In this document: piece after piece, positions 45,158 to 54,393 of the stretch | How the letters are laid out: every line of letters starts with the position of its first letter | How positions within the stretch are numbered: the first letter of the stretch is position 1 | Source of the DNA: Candidatus Anderseniibacteriota bacterium | Lineage (GTDB): Bacteria; Patescibacteriota; Andersenbacteria; UBA10190 | DNA: 64,000 nucleotides | Direction: 5' to 3' | Assembly: GCA_021414205.1 (NCBI GenBank) | Contig: JAIOOW010000003.1 | Span: forward strand, 364,365 to 428,364 | Position numbers and translations under genes: made by a program | Notes under the pieces: generated by a model | Seen by the model: the letters and a program-made list of their open reading frames with translations, nothing else | Database searches by the model: none | What the model was told of the DNA's origin: nothing

Positions 45158-46038
45158 GTATAGTTTCTGTATACGTACTCTACAACAGTCTTCATGTCTT
45201 GGAAACGGTCATCGCTCCCGAGGATAACCGCTCCTATTTTTTGTCCATTTGGGCCAGTGGTGATAATTGCTAAATTTTCTTTTGCTGCAAGAGTGTATCC
45301 TGTTTTTGCCGCAAGAATCGGTAGATAAGTTCCTAGTAATTTATCCGTCGTTACAAATGTATGCTTGTTTCCTTCAAGTGAAATGATCTCTCCTTTCTGT
45401 TGAGAGAGGAATGGTCGCAAAAACGGGTCGTTATATGCATTCATGAGCATGTGCTGAACATCTCGAGCAGTAGAATGCTGGATGCCTTCCTGTAATCCAG
45501 TTGAATTCGCCTGGAGCGTATGGAAGAGTCCGTGCGATGCGGCATAGGTATTCGAGTATTCAACGAATGCTGCTTCTGATCCTTTCGCCGCAACTGCAAG
45601 CGACACCATTGCATCGTTTGCGGACGGAATTAAACTTGCTTCGTATAAATCAGCAGCAGATATATGCTCTCCCGGAATAAGCTTGATGCCCACGCCTTCT
45701 GACTGCGCTTTTTTTACTTCGGGCGGAATTGTAACTATTTGACTTGGAGGAACGAGGGATCTGGCAACAACGGTGGATAGTAATTTATTTAAGCTTGCAA
45801 TTGGTCGCTCTGTGTCCGCGTTCCGTTCGTATAAAATCGTATCTGTTGTAATATCCCATACCAGCGCAGACCCGGCGGTAAGGTCGACGTCGACAGCATT
45901 TCCTGTTTTTGTTGGTATTCTTTGAGCTGTTTGCTGAAGTTGTTCTGGAGCAAGTCCAGCTGGCAGGCATGTTGAAATTGGCTGCTGTAAAATCATGCAG
46001 CCAATAACCGTCGCTACGCCTTGAAGAATCGGAATCAT
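45148..46038 (-). CDS. D-alanyl-D-alanine carboxypeptidase (peptidase S11)
   Basis: IASLNK (SxxK), SAND and KTGYT motifs. Confidence 0.9.
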   Translation of the reverse strand: MIPILQGVATVIGCMILQQPISTCLPAGLAPEQLQQTAQRIPTKTGNAVDVDLTAGSALVWDITTDTILYERNADTERPIASLNKLLSTVVARSLVPPSQIVTIPPEVKKAQSEGVGIKLIPGEHISAADLYEASLIPSANDAMVSLAVAAKGSEAAFVEYSNTYAASHGLFHTLQANSTGLQEGIQHSTARDVQHMLMNAYNDPFLRPFLSQQKGEIISLEGNKHTFVTTDKLLGTYLPILAAKTGYTLAAKENLAIITTGPNGQKIGAVILGSDDRFQDMKTVVEYVYRNYTWP

Positions 46039-46565
46039 TTTTCCTGAGTTACTAATCGATCGATATCTTCGCTTCTGGATAGATTTTCGAATTCTGGGAG
46101 TTCTTCTTTTTTCGTGATGCCGAGGTGCATCAATGCATCTTCCGAAATATCGTAAAGCGACGCTTTTCCGGAGGTGCGGATTTGTCTCAGTAGTCCACGT
46201 AGTAGTAATTGTCGAATCATTCTGCGAGAATCAACGCCGCGAATAGAATCTATGTCGTATCGGGAAATGGGCCCTTTATATGCAATAACGGAAAGCGTTT
46301 CCATTGCAGCTTTTGAAAGTTCGTTTCCTCCTTCTTCCGCAAATTGCGCTAAAAATTCCGCAACTTCTTGACTGGTTACCAATTGAGCGTGTGTATTTGT
46401 AGTAACCAAGGCTAATCCGTGATGTTGTAATTCGGCAGATAATTCTTCCAATGCTTTTTTGATCTGTTCTTCTGGTACGTTTAATAATTGAGATAAATCA
46501 GAAAACGTCACTGCTTCTCCGGCAGTAAACAGCAGCGCTTCAATGTGTTGAGTGAGGCTTGTCAT
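46035..46565 (-). CDS. scpB: SMC-Scp complex subunit ScpB
   Basis: IEALLF and LSKAAMETLSVIAYKGP..R..I..IRGV motifs. Confidence 0.95.
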   Translation of the reverse strand: MTSLTQHIEALLFTAGEAVTFSDLSQLLNVPEEQIKKALEELSAELQHHGLALVTTNTHAQLVTSQEVAEFLAQFAEEGGNELSKAAMETLSVIAYKGPISRYDIDSIRGVDSRRMIRQLLLRGLLRQIRTSGKASLYDISEDALMHLGITKKEELPEFENLSRSEDIDRLVTQEK

Positions 46566-47266
46566 ATTTTATGTACTGTAAGTGTACTAAATGCCCCGTC
46601 TTGTTCCAATCGAACAGAATTCTTACGCGCCATTTCTAAAACCGCCAAAAACGAGACTGCCTGTTCTTGCCGAGTTGATCCGCGTACAGTGTCTTGGAAA
46701 ATTAATTTCTTTGCTGTTGCTAGTCTGTCTTGAAATAGTGCTAAGATATCTTTCATGGATCGTCCGCGTTGGACTAAGTGCGCGGAAGGTTGCGGAGCGG
46801 GAGGTATTCGGTTAATTAAATGTTGTAATGCACCGGCGATTTGCTCAGATGTTATATTTGGCATTCCCGTTTCTGCGCGCTCTTGAAATTCTCCTTCTGC
46901 AAAATAGTGAGCAGGTAAAAGAGGTTTTGCATTCCATCTTGCGTGCAATACCTCTGCGATTGCGCGGAATTTTTCATATTGAGACAGTCTGTATTGCAAG
47001 TCAGAAATTTCTTCTTCCTCTTCAGTTTTTTGCGACGGCACCATTTGCCGAACTTTAATGAGTAGCAATGTTGAGGCAACGACTAAGAATGATCCGATAA
47101 TCTCAGTATCTATTTCATGTTCTTTTATATACTGCAAAAAAGAATCAGTGAGATTTTTCAGGTTAATTTCAGATAGGCTAATCTGCTCTTTTTTTGCCAG
47201 CTCAACTAATAGGTCGTACGGCCCTTCGTATTGCTCGATTTTTACTTCAGGAAGCGCAAATTGCAT
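46562..47266 (-). CDS. scpA: Segregation/condensation protein A
   Basis: YEGPYDLL, FLVVASTLL.IK and FLAVLEM motifs; start moved to 47266. Confidence 0.93.
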   Translation of the reverse strand: MQFALPEVKIEQYEGPYDLLVELAKKEQISLSEINLKNLTDSFLQYIKEHEIDTEIIGSFLVVASTLLLIKVRQMVPSQKTEEEEEISDLQYRLSQYEKFRAIAEVLHARWNAKPLLPAHYFAEGEFQERAETGMPNITSEQIAGALQHLINRIPPAPQPSAHLVQRGRSMKDILALFQDRLATAKKLIFQDTVRGSTRQEQAVSFLAVLEMARKNSVRLEQDGAFSTLTVHKI

Positions 47267-47289
47267 TCCTAGAGCATACCAAGTAATGG

Positions 47290-47365
47290 TTGACACATCT
47301 AGGGCGAATAGGTACATATGCAATAGGGTTTACAGTCGATAGTTGTTCATTTTATGGAGGCTTCG
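47290..47365 (+). promoter_or_regulatory. Promoter and 5' UTR of the first orphan, homologous to 47792-47869
   Basis: TTGACA-17-TACATA...TGTTCATTTTATGGAGG. Confidence 0.7.
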
Positions 47366-47713
47366 ATGAATAGGACACTTGAAACGGAAGCGAAAAGATT
47401 GGAAGAGGTTCCACTCGCACTTCAAGTTCTTCTGGAGCAGGGTGAGATAGTGGTGCCTATCCTCGTAAGGTCGAACGTCATTCAAGAAGATGACAAGACA
47501 GGAGTTCGTCCGGCATTGGCGCTGGTAGTCACGCTGCTTCGAGGAGGGGTTGCGAAGGTGTGGGTAAAAGTTGTCGAGCAATCTGAGGTTACTCCTATCG
47601 TGGCGCGAGACATGATAGCGGGCCAATTCCATGCATTTCATTCTGATGCTGAGTTGGTTGCGACTGTGGAACGTGGCGATAGGCATATCGCCGTGGTGAT
47701 GCTCAAAAAATAA
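47366..47713 (+). CDS. Hypothetical protein (orphan, 115 aa)
   Basis: GGAGG SD 5 nt before ATG 47366; own promoter and terminator. Confidence 0.7.
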   Translation: MNRTLETEAKRLEEVPLALQVLLEQGEIVVPILVRSNVIQEDDKTGVRPALALVVTLLRGGVAKVWVKVVEQSEVTPIVARDMIAGQFHAFHSDAELVATVERGDRHIAVVMLKK

Positions 47714-47741
47714 TGCTTTCTATCCAAGTAATGTCCTTGGG

Positions 47742-47770
47742 TCCCCGACTAACAACCGGGGATTTTTATT
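47742..47770 (+). terminator. Intrinsic terminator
   Basis: TCCCCG-ACTAACAAC-CGGGGA-TTTTT. Confidence 0.75.
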
Positions 47771-47791
47771 GATCAGCATACCAACTATTGA

Positions 47792-47869
47792 TTGACAAAT
47801 CCAGCTGGAACAGGTATACATGCATGAGGTTCAAGTTAGATACCCTGTTCATTTTATGGAAAGACTGTC
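47792..47869 (+). promoter_or_regulatory. Promoter and 5' UTR of the second orphan
   Basis: TTGACA-17-TATACA...TGTTCATTTTATGGA. Confidence 0.7.
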
Positions 47870-48358
47870 ATGTCGCAGGCGGTTTTGGATGTTGAGCAGT
47901 TGGCACGTACTCCAAACTCATGTCCAATTGTTTTAAAGGACGTGTTTGGCGATCCGGTGATGTCCGTTATCCCTATTCCCCCTCAGCAGCAAAGTCCCGG
48001 ATGCAGCAGTTCGGTATGCGTTGCTATCCCCGATCTTACGTTCATTAGGAACGGAAATCGGGACCACCATTGTTTGAAAATTCTTTCTTCGGATCCCGTC
48101 CAGATACTCGAGGCTCGGATTCGAAAATTCGGAATCGACGTACTCGACAATCCCAGAAGCCACCCTTTTCTTGAAGAAAGGGGTGCGTGGAGTATTTGTG
48201 TGGCGAGTGTCGGACCAAAATCCCGCGGCGATTATCCGGTTAAAATCCTCGTTACCATTCAATGCTGGTGGATGCGGTTTATTCCATTCGAAAAACGCGC
48301 CTTGATTATTGTTTCTCACGAGGAACTTAGTCGATTCGCAAAAGCAATCTCTTCTTGA
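47870..48358 (+). CDS. Hypothetical protein (orphan, 162 aa), possible distant paralog of the upstream gene
   Basis: Own promoter and terminator; T++R.G....+K++....V....AR segment shared with the 47366 ORF. Confidence 0.65.
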   Translation: MSQAVLDVEQLARTPNSCPIVLKDVFGDPVMSVIPIPPQQQSPGCSSSVCVAIPDLTFIRNGNRDHHCLKILSSDPVQILEARIRKFGIDVLDNPRSHPFLEERGAWSICVASVGPKSRGDYPVKILVTIQCWWMRFIPFEKRALIIVSHEELSRFAKAISS

Positions 48359-48383
48359 AGGACGACAAGCAACTTGAAAGCCC

Positions 48384-48410
48384 CCCCGACTCACCATCGG
48401 GGTTTATTTT
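48384..48410 (+). terminator. Intrinsic terminator
   Basis: CCCCGA-CTCACCA-TCGGGG-TTTATTTT. Confidence 0.75.
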
Positions 48411-49214
48411 TTATGTATGAGCGGGCTCCTCTTTTCCCCTAAACTTCCAGAAATATTTGAACGCAGATTTGATATGTTCTCGTGTTGGGCGGTTTGTTAA
48501 TATGCCGATGATTGCATTGCGTTCGCTACTTCGCTGATGGAAATGAGAAAATACGGCAGATGGTACGTATGTAACGCGCCAGCCTTTCTCCCAAAACCGT
48601 CGGCACCAATCTACGTCTTCAAAGTATAGGAAAAATTGCTCGTCCATTTTTCCAACTTTTTCCATCGCCTTTTTGCGAACCATGAGGCACGCACCCATGA
48701 GCCAGTCCACGTCTTTTATTTCAGCATGATCGAAATCTTTCATTAAGAAGCTGGAGATTGCTTTTTTACCCACAGCAGTTTTTCCTAAGAATGTCCGGCG
48801 GTAGATGATTGTCATCACCGTATAAAATCGATAGCACGAATACTGGAGTTTTCCGTTCGGAGAAATTAATTTTCCGCCGGATACGCCTACATCCGAATTC
48901 GCATCCATGAAGTCTATGAGGGTCTGAACAGATCCGGGTAATGCAATCATGTCCGGGTTTAACACGAGGTAGTAACTTCCTTTTGCCTTTTTCAGTGCAA
49001 CGTTAACTCCTGCAGCAAGGCCCATGTTTTCCGGATTATCGATGACCGTTATTTCAGGAAAATCTGAACGTAGTAAATACACGCTGTCGTCTCCTGAATT
49101 ATTATCAACAACGATTATTTCCGTAGACTTCGGCAGGTCTTTTAACAACGACTCAACCAGCGCTCGGGTGAGTTGCCACATCTTATAATTAACGATAATG
49201 ATTGAGAGTTTCAT
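48411..49214 (-). CDS. Glycosyltransferase family 2 (WbbL-like)
   Basis: SIIIVNY, VVDNNSGD, LNPD and FFLYFEDVDWC motifs. Confidence 0.92.
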   Translation of the reverse strand: MKLSIIIVNYKMWQLTRALVESLLKDLPKSTEIIVVDNNSGDDSVYLLRSDFPEITVIDNPENMGLAAGVNVALKKAKGSYYLVLNPDMIALPGSVQTLIDFMDANSDVGVSGGKLISPNGKLQYSCYRFYTVMTIIYRRTFLGKTAVGKKAISSFLMKDFDHAEIKDVDWLMGACLMVRKKAMEKVGKMDEQFFLYFEDVDWCRRFWEKGWRVTYVPSAVFSHFHQRSSERNAIIGILTNRPTREHIKSAFKYFWKFRGKEEPAHT

Positions 49215-49246
49215 ATTGGGAACTTGTTAAAATGGCATAGAAGTAT

Positions 49247-50188
49247 TCATGATGCAAGCCCCTTCTGTTTTTCTCTCATTTTTCTTAATCCAGCCCACGT
49301 TTCTTTCCACACAGAGAATAATTGTTTTGAAAATAAAGATAGAACAAAAAAGATAAATAATCTTGCCTTAATAAATGGCCAATGCAGAATGATTTGTTTC
49401 GTTGATGCATTTTTTGCAATCATCCACATGTAGTTTCTTAGTGACCATTTTGTTCGCGGGCTGTTGATGCGTTCTTGAATATTTTTCAAACTCAATCCCC
49501 AGTTAAATACTCCGCGTTTGCCGAGTGTTCGTGCGTGGTAGCTTACGAGTACTGGAATATATTTTACTTCCCAGCCCGCATTATGTAGTCGCCAGCCCAA
49601 ATCTACATCTTCTTTGTATGCGAAGAATTGTTCATCGAATATTTGATTATTTTGTGCAACATTCTTTAAAGCTTCAACGCGATACAATCCGCATCCGCCC
49701 GTTACAGCAAGCAAATCCGCAGGCTCTTCGTATTGTCCAGTGTCCTGTTCATTTGATCCGCGTTCTTTTCCGTTAAATGAAAGAGTTCGCATGATTCCTG
49801 CAGAGTCGATGATATGCTCGCCATTTTTTCTATATAGTTTCCCCTGTATCGCCCCAAGCTTCGGATTGTTTTGCATTGCTTCTAACAATTTCTCAATACC
49901 TGACCAAATAATTTCCTGGTCTTGGTCGAGCGTCAAAATAAACGGCGTGATGCATTTCGCAATGCCTGCGTTATGCGCTTTTGCAAATCCTTGATTTTCG
50001 TGGAATTTCAAAATATCTGCATTCGGTAGGATTTCTCGAATAATATCTAGGCTCGCATCTTCGGAGCCGTTATCTACATACCTAACCTCTATGATGTCTT
50101 GAGGGGCGTGCGCCAACGCTTCCGCCGTTGCTCGAAGATGTTTTTCCCCATTCCAGCCTACTATTTGAATTGTCAGCACCTTGTCCAT
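49247..50188 (-). CDS. Glycosyltransferase family 2
   Basis: VDNGSED, GFAKAHN and FFAYKEDVDLGWR motifs. Confidence 0.92.
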   Translation of the reverse strand: MDKVLTIQIVGWNGEKHLRATAEALAHAPQDIIEVRYVDNGSEDASLDIIREILPNADILKFHENQGFAKAHNAGIAKCITPFILTLDQDQEIIWSGIEKLLEAMQNNPKLGAIQGKLYRKNGEHIIDSAGIMRTLSFNGKERGSNEQDTGQYEEPADLLAVTGGCGLYRVEALKNVAQNNQIFDEQFFAYKEDVDLGWRLHNAGWEVKYIPVLVSYHARTLGKRGVFNWGLSLKNIQERINSPRTKWSLRNYMWMIAKNASTKQIILHWPFIKARLFIFFVLSLFSKQLFSVWKETWAGLRKMREKQKGLAS

Positions 50189-50194
50189 ATACGA

Positions 50195-50212
50195 ACTATA
50201 GCATGGTATTAT
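50195..50212. promoter_or_regulatory. Back-to-back extended -10 promoters of two leaderless genes
   Basis: TGc-TATAGT (minus) and TGg-TATTAT (plus), each 6 nt from an ATG. Confidence 0.65.
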
Positions 50213-50218
50213 ACGGAT

Positions 50219-51757
50219 ATGGCACTCCTAATAGCAGTATATGGCCTTGCCGGGCTCGATATGGCACTTTGCGCCCTTTCTCAAACGGCGCTTTGGCAAA
50301 GAAAAGAGTACCGATTGGATAGGATGAAAGCCTATCTGTTTTCGCCTGAAAAGTCTGCATTTCACATAGCGATATGGGTAGTGGGTCTGCTATGCGCTCT
50401 GACAGCCTTTTTTATGCCGTTGTTTGGGTATATCAGCTTGCTTGTTTTATTAGCAGGATATGTAGTTCGTGCGATGAAGCGCGGGGTGGTTCGCCCGAAA
50501 TTTACGATGCGGGCCATTGCTGTATGTGCGTTGGCTATCATACTATCAGGAGCTGCGTTGTTATTTATCTCGAATATTCTTTGGATCTCGCTTATTGTTG
50601 CCATAACCCCTCTTATTGTTGCTGTATGCGTTTGGGTTGTTGCCATTCCGTCTGCGCTAAAAAAATCAGATTCAATACAAAAAGCGATAACATATCGCAC
50701 CTCTCTTACTCAATTACAGGTTATAGGTATTACCGGAAGCGTTGGCAAAACGTCCACAAAAACATATGCGCTGCATTTGCTTGAAAATGATGATCAAGAA
50801 ATTCTCGCTACAAAAAAGCATCGCAATTCGCCGTATGTTGTTGCGCTTGATGTGCTTTCGCAAATTACTAAGCATACAAATGCATATATCGCCGAACTTG
50901 GCGCATATAAAAAAGGAGAAATTGCAGAATTGTGTGAGATCGTGCAACCGACCATTGGCGTTATTACCGCAATCACAAACCAGCATGCCGCATTATTCGG
51001 TTCAGTTGAGAATTTGGCCCAAGCGAAATGGGAGTTGGCGGAATCTATTCCAGAAAATGGAATGCTTGTGTTAAACAAAGACGACAGAAATATACGAACA
51101 TTAGCGGAAAGATACTCTAGTCGCATTACGTGGTATTCCATGAAGGAATCCGCGGACGTTATGTTCGAAAGCATCGTATTGCAGCAAGACAGTGTTTCGT
51201 GTGTACTTGCTATTAATCAGCAACGATTCGACGTAACTATTCCAGTGGTAAGTCGCGGTCAGCTTGGGTCTGTTCTTGCGGCGTGCGCAATCGCACATGT
51301 AATGGGTATGTCTGGGGAAGATATTATGAAAAAGCTTGCAACATTGCCGGCGCTCGAAAAAACGATGGAGTATAAAAAGTTGCACAGTGGCGCAGTCGTC
51401 ATAGACGACAGCTATTCTGCCAGTGAAGCATCTGTAATGAATGCAATTGAGTATTTGAATGCAGTCGGAGGCGAACATGCTTTGCTTGTACTTGTTCCTA
51501 TTATAGAGCTCGGAGACGAAGCTGCTGCGGTCCACGCTCGAATCGGCACAGCTCTTGCTCATGCACAGTTTCAAACATATATATATGGCACCGCGTATCA
51601 GGAAGATATTATGAAAGGATTATCTGGAGTATCGCATCTTCATATCACCTGGTATACCGATCCGAAAACGTTGGCGGAAGATGTTGCAACGCAGACCAAA
51701 GAACAAAATATGATTGTGTTTGAAGGTCGACTGCCTGGTATCGTAACGAACGTATGA
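50219..51757 (+). CDS. MurF-like Mur ligase with N-terminal transmembrane helices
   Basis: ITGSVGKTSTK, ELGAY..GEI, IDDSY and IELG motifs; hydrophobic N-terminus. Confidence 0.85.
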   Translation: MALLIAVYGLAGLDMALCALSQTALWQRKEYRLDRMKAYLFSPEKSAFHIAIWVVGLLCALTAFFMPLFGYISLLVLLAGYVVRAMKRGVVRPKFTMRAIAVCALAIILSGAALLFISNILWISLIVAITPLIVAVCVWVVAIPSALKKSDSIQKAITYRTSLTQLQVIGITGSVGKTSTKTYALHLLENDDQEILATKKHRNSPYVVALDVLSQITKHTNAYIAELGAYKKGEIAELCEIVQPTIGVITAITNQHAALFGSVENLAQAKWELAESIPENGMLVLNKDDRNIRTLAERYSSRITWYSMKESADVMFESIVLQQDSVSCVLAINQQRFDVTIPVVSRGQLGSVLAACAIAHVMGMSGEDIMKKLATLPALEKTMEYKKLHSGAVVIDDSYSASEASVMNAIEYLNAVGGEHALLVLVPIIELGDEAAAVHARIGTALAHAQFQTYIYGTAYQEDIMKGLSGVSHLHITWYTDPKTLAEDVATQTKEQNMIVFEGRLPGIVTNV

Positions 51758-52998
51758 ACCGCCCTATTGCCATTTCCCTATCCCCGAATACAGACAGCAA
51801 AGACGTTGCTCGTGCGTGGAGTGTGCTTTTCTCCCGATCGCTTCGTGAGAATACGGACATTCTTTCTGAAGTTGCGCATCTTATTTCGAAAAAATTCGAC
51901 AACAGATTCGTCGTACTTAACTCAAGCGGCCGCCAAGCATTGTATGATTTGCTCCGCGCATATGATATTGGGCTAGGTGACGAAGTTATTATTCAGGCGT
52001 TTACATGCATTGCGGTTCCGGAGCCAATTCTGTGGGTTGGTGCAAAGCCTGTGTATGCCGACACTGCAAAAGATGCATATAGTATTGATGTTCAAAATGT
52101 TCTTAAGAAAATAACACCGAATACGAAAGCGATTATCGTTCAGCATACGTTTGGAATCCCGGGGCCGATTGAGGAAATTGTAAGCATGGCTAAAGAAAAA
52201 AATATTATTGTCATAGAAGATTGTGCGCATGCATTCGGCGCAGAGTTGAATAACAGGGCGCTGGGAACATTTGCGGATGCAAGCATTATCAGTTTTGGTC
52301 GGGACAAATGCCTATCGTCTGTGTATGGTGGTGCGTGCGTAGTAAAAAATCGCGAACAGATGGAAAAATTACGCGCATTCCATAATCAGCGGAAGCAGCC
52401 GCCTTTTATGTGGACTGCTCAGCAATTGCTTCATCCGATTTTGTTTTCATATATTATTCCCTCGTATTTTACATTTGGAATCGGGAAAGTATTGCTTGTT
52501 CTATTTCAGAGAGCTCAATTGCTGAGTCGCGCGGTTGAATTGCGGGAACGATCTGGAAGAAAGCCTCTTCACATTGAATACCAATATGCTCCGGCGCTGG
52601 CCCAGCTTCTCGTGCTTCAACTCGGAAAAATAGATGCAATGAATGCTCGAAGAAAATATATTGCGGATAGATATGCGCAAGAACTTTTTGGCAGTAAAGC
52701 GGTACTCCCCGCAGTGTCGCAGAACACTCAGCCATCGTGGCTCCGCTTCCCCGTTCTTGTAAAAAATCAAAAACAAGTGATGTTTATGGCGCGCGAAAAA
52801 AATATACTACTTGGGGATTGGTATGATAGCGCCCTTGTTCCAAAAGGTTCAAATCTTATAGAATTTCAGTATTCATTAGGCTCGTGTTCTGTCGCAGAAA
52901 AAACTGCGGAACAAGTAATTAATTTGCCAACATACCCTTCTCTCACGGATACTCAAGTGAGTGAAATTATTGCGCTTATTAAAACCTATGCAAGTTAA
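51754..52998 (+). CDS. DegT/DnrJ/EryC1/StrS PLP-dependent aminotransferase
   Basis: SGRQAL, GDEVI, IEDCAH and SFGRDK..GG motifs. Confidence 0.9.
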   Translation: MNRPIAISLSPNTDSKDVARAWSVLFSRSLRENTDILSEVAHLISKKFDNRFVVLNSSGRQALYDLLRAYDIGLGDEVIIQAFTCIAVPEPILWVGAKPVYADTAKDAYSIDVQNVLKKITPNTKAIIVQHTFGIPGPIEEIVSMAKEKNIIVIEDCAHAFGAELNNRALGTFADASIISFGRDKCLSSVYGGACVVKNREQMEKLRAFHNQRKQPPFMWTAQQLLHPILFSYIIPSYFTFGIGKVLLVLFQRAQLLSRAVELRERSGRKPLHIEYQYAPALAQLLVLQLGKIDAMNARRKYIADRYAQELFGSKAVLPAVSQNTQPSWLRFPVLVKNQKQVMFMAREKNILLGDWYDSALVPKGSNLIEFQYSLGSCSVAEKTAEQVINLPTYPSLTDTQVSEIIALIKTYAS

Positions 52999-53995
52999 AG
53001 AAATACGAGATAAGAATGTTTGGGATCAATTCGTGCTTCCTCTTGCGCCGAACACCTTTTTGCAATCGTGGGAATGGAAAGAGGTGCAAGAGCAAGACGG
53101 CGAGCAAGTTTCAATGCTCGGCTTTTATGAACAAGAGCAGCTTATTGCGGTGTGTCTAGTGATTCTTGTGCATGCTAAGCGGGGAAACTATTTTTTGGTG
53201 CCGCATGGGCCGATTGTACAAGATGAAAAAAAATATAAGGAAATAGTGCAAAGTCTTACCGATTATTGTGCGCAATATAAACATAGCGCCGTTGTTCTCC
53301 GTGTTGCGCCGCTCTGTTTGAATACACCGGAAAAGCAATGTATTTTTTCCGATCTCGGCTTTCGCCCATCCCCTATGCATGTACATGCAGAGCTTACGTG
53401 GGTGGTAGATATCTCAAAACCGGAAGAAGAGATACTTGCAGGTATGCGCAAGACGACACGTCATGCAGTTAAAAAAGCGGAGGCTGCTGGGGTGCAAGTT
53501 GAGATAATTACGGATGCAACTGGACTGGGTAGATTTTGGCCGATGTATGAACAGACGACAAACCGACACGGATTCGTTGCGTTCCAGAAACAATTTATAC
53601 AGTCTCAGGCAGAACTATTTGGGAAATCGAATAGCATGTTTTTCGCTATTGCGAGACATGATAATCAAGATATTGCTGGTGCTATGTGTATACAATACGG
53701 AGATACTGTTTTCTATTATCATGGCGCATCTATAAAAACTTCTATTCCTGCTGCGCAGCTGCTCCAATGGCGGGCAATGCAAGAAGCGAAAAAGCGCGGA
53801 GCAGTACGATATAATTTTTGGGGTATTGCGCGAGATGACGAAAAGAATCATCCGTTTGCTGGTATTACTGTTTTTAAAAAAGGTTTTGGCGGATACATAG
53901 TCGATTTGTTGCACGCACAAGATTTGCCGCTTTCATGGAAGTATTGGCCGATGTGGGCTCTTGAAATACTACGAAAGAAGAAACGAGGGTTTTAA
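52988..53995 (+). CDS. FemAB/FemX-like aminoacyl-tRNA-dependent transferase
   Basis: FLQSWEW, PHGP, MRKTTR..VKKA, YNFWG and FKKGFGG motifs. Confidence 0.9.
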   Translation: MQVKEIRDKNVWDQFVLPLAPNTFLQSWEWKEVQEQDGEQVSMLGFYEQEQLIAVCLVILVHAKRGNYFLVPHGPIVQDEKKYKEIVQSLTDYCAQYKHSAVVLRVAPLCLNTPEKQCIFSDLGFRPSPMHVHAELTWVVDISKPEEEILAGMRKTTRHAVKKAEAAGVQVEIITDATGLGRFWPMYEQTTNRHGFVAFQKQFIQSQAELFGKSNSMFFAIARHDNQDIAGAMCIQYGDTVFYYHGASIKTSIPAAQLLQWRAMQEAKKRGAVRYNFWGIARDDEKNHPFAGITVFKKGFGGYIVDLLHAQDLPLSWKYWPMWALEILRKKKRGF

Positions 53996-54043
53996 AAAAC
54001 TGCGGGCTTGCAATCATATGTGTATGATTCAAACCGCGCAGTT
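53994..54043 (-). terminator. Long hairpin terminator between convergent genes
   Basis: AACTGCG...AATCATA-TGTG-TATGATT...CGCAGTT, T-run on the minus strand. Confidence 0.65.
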
Positions 54044-54053
54044 CTGATCGATG

Positions 54054-54341
54054 CTAGGCGACAATTGGTGCGACTGGTAGTTTTTGTTCGACCATAGAGC
54101 AAAGATTTTCTACTGTGATGCAGGATTTTCTGATCTCCACAAGCTTCGAGTGTTTGCTCTCGGTGAAGCTTGGAAGATGAAAGTGTCTTGCAATGCGGAA
54201 CAATAAGTCTTGCCAATACGATTCGTCGTCAAATCCGAGATCTCGTTCGATTTCAGAATCGAGGGCGACGTCACGAGGGTCAATTCCTAATGTCTGGCCC
54301 ATTGCAAGTATTACGCCGTCAAGAATTTCCGGGCTACACAC
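54054..54341 (-). CDS. Acyl-carrier-protein-like orphan lacking the canonical DSL serine
   Basis: GTG start with AGGGAG SD; LGIDPRDVALDSEIERDLGFDD...LLFRIARHF...ITVENLCSMVEQKL follows the ACP pattern. Confidence 0.65.
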   Translation of the reverse strand: MCSPEILDGVILAMGQTLGIDPRDVALDSEIERDLGFDDESYWQDLLFRIARHFHLPSFTESKHSKLVEIRKSCITVENLCSMVEQKLPVAPIVA

Positions 54342-54393
54342 CTTAAAGCTCCCTTCTAAGCAAGTTGTTGAAACAGCAAACCCACTGGAAATT

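Noticed and set aside
47330-48397. Minus-strand ORFs 47330-47686 and 47933-48397
   Set aside because: Promoters, SD and terminators all point to the plus-strand ORFs
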